Position numbers and translations under genes: made by a program
DNA from: Myxococcota bacterium
GTDB taxonomy: Bacteria > Myxococcota_A > UBA796 > CAJQPC01
Assembly (NCBI GenBank): GCA_036229005.1
Contig: JAZAMN010000071.1
Coordinates: 1 to 64,000, forward strand
Reading direction: 5' to 3'
DNA: 64,000 bases
Shown: positions 62,820-64,000 of the stretch, one piece after another
How the letters are laid out: every line of letters starts with the position of its first letter
Numbering within the stretch: position 1 is the first letter of the stretch
The notes under the pieces: generated by a model
Databases searched by the model: none
Told to the model about the DNA's origin: nothing
Seen by the model: the letters and a program-made list of their open reading frames with translations, nothing else

Positions 62820-63572
62820 TCAGATGCCCTGGAAGTCGGCGACGTCGTGCAGGTAGAGGAAGCGGCGGCTGCCCTCGGGCACGTGGCCCATGCCGCAGTC
62901 GATCGCGTATTGGCTCTCCACGCCCTCGATGTCGGTGCCGCAGCCCCAGGAGCTGGCCCAGTGCGCGCCCGCGGGGGCCTTGGTGACCAGCGCGGCGCGG
63001 ACCTTGGCGCCGTCTCCGGTGGGCGCGGGGCCCAGGCGCTGGAGCACCGGGTAGAGCGCGCCCTGGATGGCCTGGCCCTCGGCGGCGATGCGGGCCTTGT
63101 TCCAGGCCTCGTGCTTGGGCGTGCCGTAGTCCGGGTCGCCAAAGTTGGGATCCTGGTCGGGGTCGACCTTGGGGAGGGTGACGGCCACGCCCTCGGCGGT
63201 CAGCGGGTCCAGGCGAACGACCACGAACCAGTCGTCCTCGCTGACCTGCAGGTCGGGCACCAGCTTGCGCACATCGGAGGCCAGGGCGAACACCACCTCG
63301 GCCGCGCTCAGGGGCGCCAGATCCGCGTCGCTGGCGTTGTTGAGCCACTGCCCGAGCTGGTTGCCGCGGGTCCACTTTGCGCCGTCGTCGGCGGGGATGA
63401 GCATGACGAGCACCGCCTTCTTGGCGCGGGCGGCGCTCTGCCAGGCCTTGGAGAGGGCGGCGCGCTGCTCGGCGGGCGAGCCGCTGGCCAGGGCCACGCC
63501 GGACCAGATCGGCGCGGACAGGGCGCCGGCGGACAGGCCCAAGGCGGCGCGGAGGAGCATGCGGCGGTTCAT
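62820..63572 (-). CDS. Tat-signal protein with C-terminal C-x14-CGMGH motif (putative MNIO substrate)
   Basis: MNRRMLL...ALA signal; its only two Cys are in WASSWGCGTDIEG...CGMGHVP; stop abuts the MNIO start. Confidence 0.75.
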   Translation of the reverse strand: MNRRMLLRAALGLSAGALSAPIWSGVALASGSPAEQRAALSKAWQSAARAKKAVLVMLIPADDGAKWTRGNQLGQWLNNASDADLAPLSAAEVVFALASDVRKLVPDLQVSEDDWFVVVRLDPLTAEGVAVTLPKVDPDQDPNFGDPDYGTPKHEAWNKARIAAEGQAIQGALYPVLQRLGPAPTGDGAKVRAALVTKAPAGAHWASSWGCGTDIEGVESQYAIDCGMGHVPEGSRRFLYLHDVADFQGI

Positions 63573-63633
63573 GGAGTCTCCAGCTTGGATCGCGCTGTGG
63601 AATCAACGCGGGGATCGACACGGTACACCGGCG

Positions 63634-64000
63634 TCATCCGGTGAACTCCGAGACGTCGTGCAGGAAGAGGAAGCGCTGGCTCGCGGCGGGCACGTGGCCC
63701 ATGCCGCACTTGACCCGGTACTGCGGCTCCACGCCCTCGATGTCGGTGCCACAGCCGGAAGACCGGGCCCAGTGTGCGCCCGCGGGGGCCTGCTCGACGA
63801 CCTGGGCGCGCACCTGGGGACCGCAGCCGGCGGGGGCGGGCGCCAAGCGCTGGAGCACCGGGGACAGGGCCCCCTGGATGGCCGCGTTGTTGGCCTGGAT
63901 GCGCTCCAGCAGCACCGCCTCCTCCACCGCGTCGAAGGCCCGGAACTGGGCGCGCTCGGCGTGGGGCAGGCTGGGCCGCAGCAGCTCACCGCGGGCCCGG
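63634..64000 (-). CDS. Paralogue of the preceding protein, N-terminus outside the window
   Basis: Frame is open to the window edge; C-terminus APAGAHWARSSGCGTDIEGVEPQYRVKCGMGHVPAASQRFLFLHDV. Confidence 0.8.
   Translation of the reverse strand, partial: RARGELLRPSLPHAERAQFRAFDAVEEAVLLERIQANNAAIQGALSPVLQRLAPAPAGCGPQVRAQVVEQAPAGAHWARSSGCGTDIEGVEPQYRVKCGMGHVPAASQRFLFLHDVSEFTG

Overview
Very GC-rich bacterial chromosomal DNA. The MYXO-CTERM-like tails, split ATP synthase operon, MXAN_5187-like gene and TIGR02147-like gene suggest Myxococcota or a related deltaproteobacterial lineage; this is an inference. No rRNA, tRNA, CRISPR array, transposase or prophage was recognised. Housekeeping blocks: atp(b', b)HAGDC at 4.4-10.4 kb and a complete ccmABCDEFGHI operon at 23.2-30.4 kb. 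Accessory content: two tandem H-NOX + HNOBA hybrid kinase modules; a cell-surface/glycosylation region (two acidic-repeat MYXO-CTERM proteins, a GT4-pyruvyltransferase-methyltransferase-TPR fusion, a GT2, and an archaeal-AglB-like oligosaccharyltransferase divergent from a DPM1-like synthase); a NarX-type hybrid kinase; an AGCS symporter with a baseplate-J-like insert; and a LysM/HEXXH protein. The best candidate for an undescribed system is at the right end (61.6-64 kb). There a DUF692/MNIO enzyme gene is directly coupled to a Tat-signal protein, and that protein shares a C-terminal GCG-...-CGMGH motif with a tandem paralogue. Other oddities are a 31-bp inverted tandem array, several apparent pseudoenzymes and ultrashort uncharged signal peptides. 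All family calls come from motif recognition by eye; no database searches were run.
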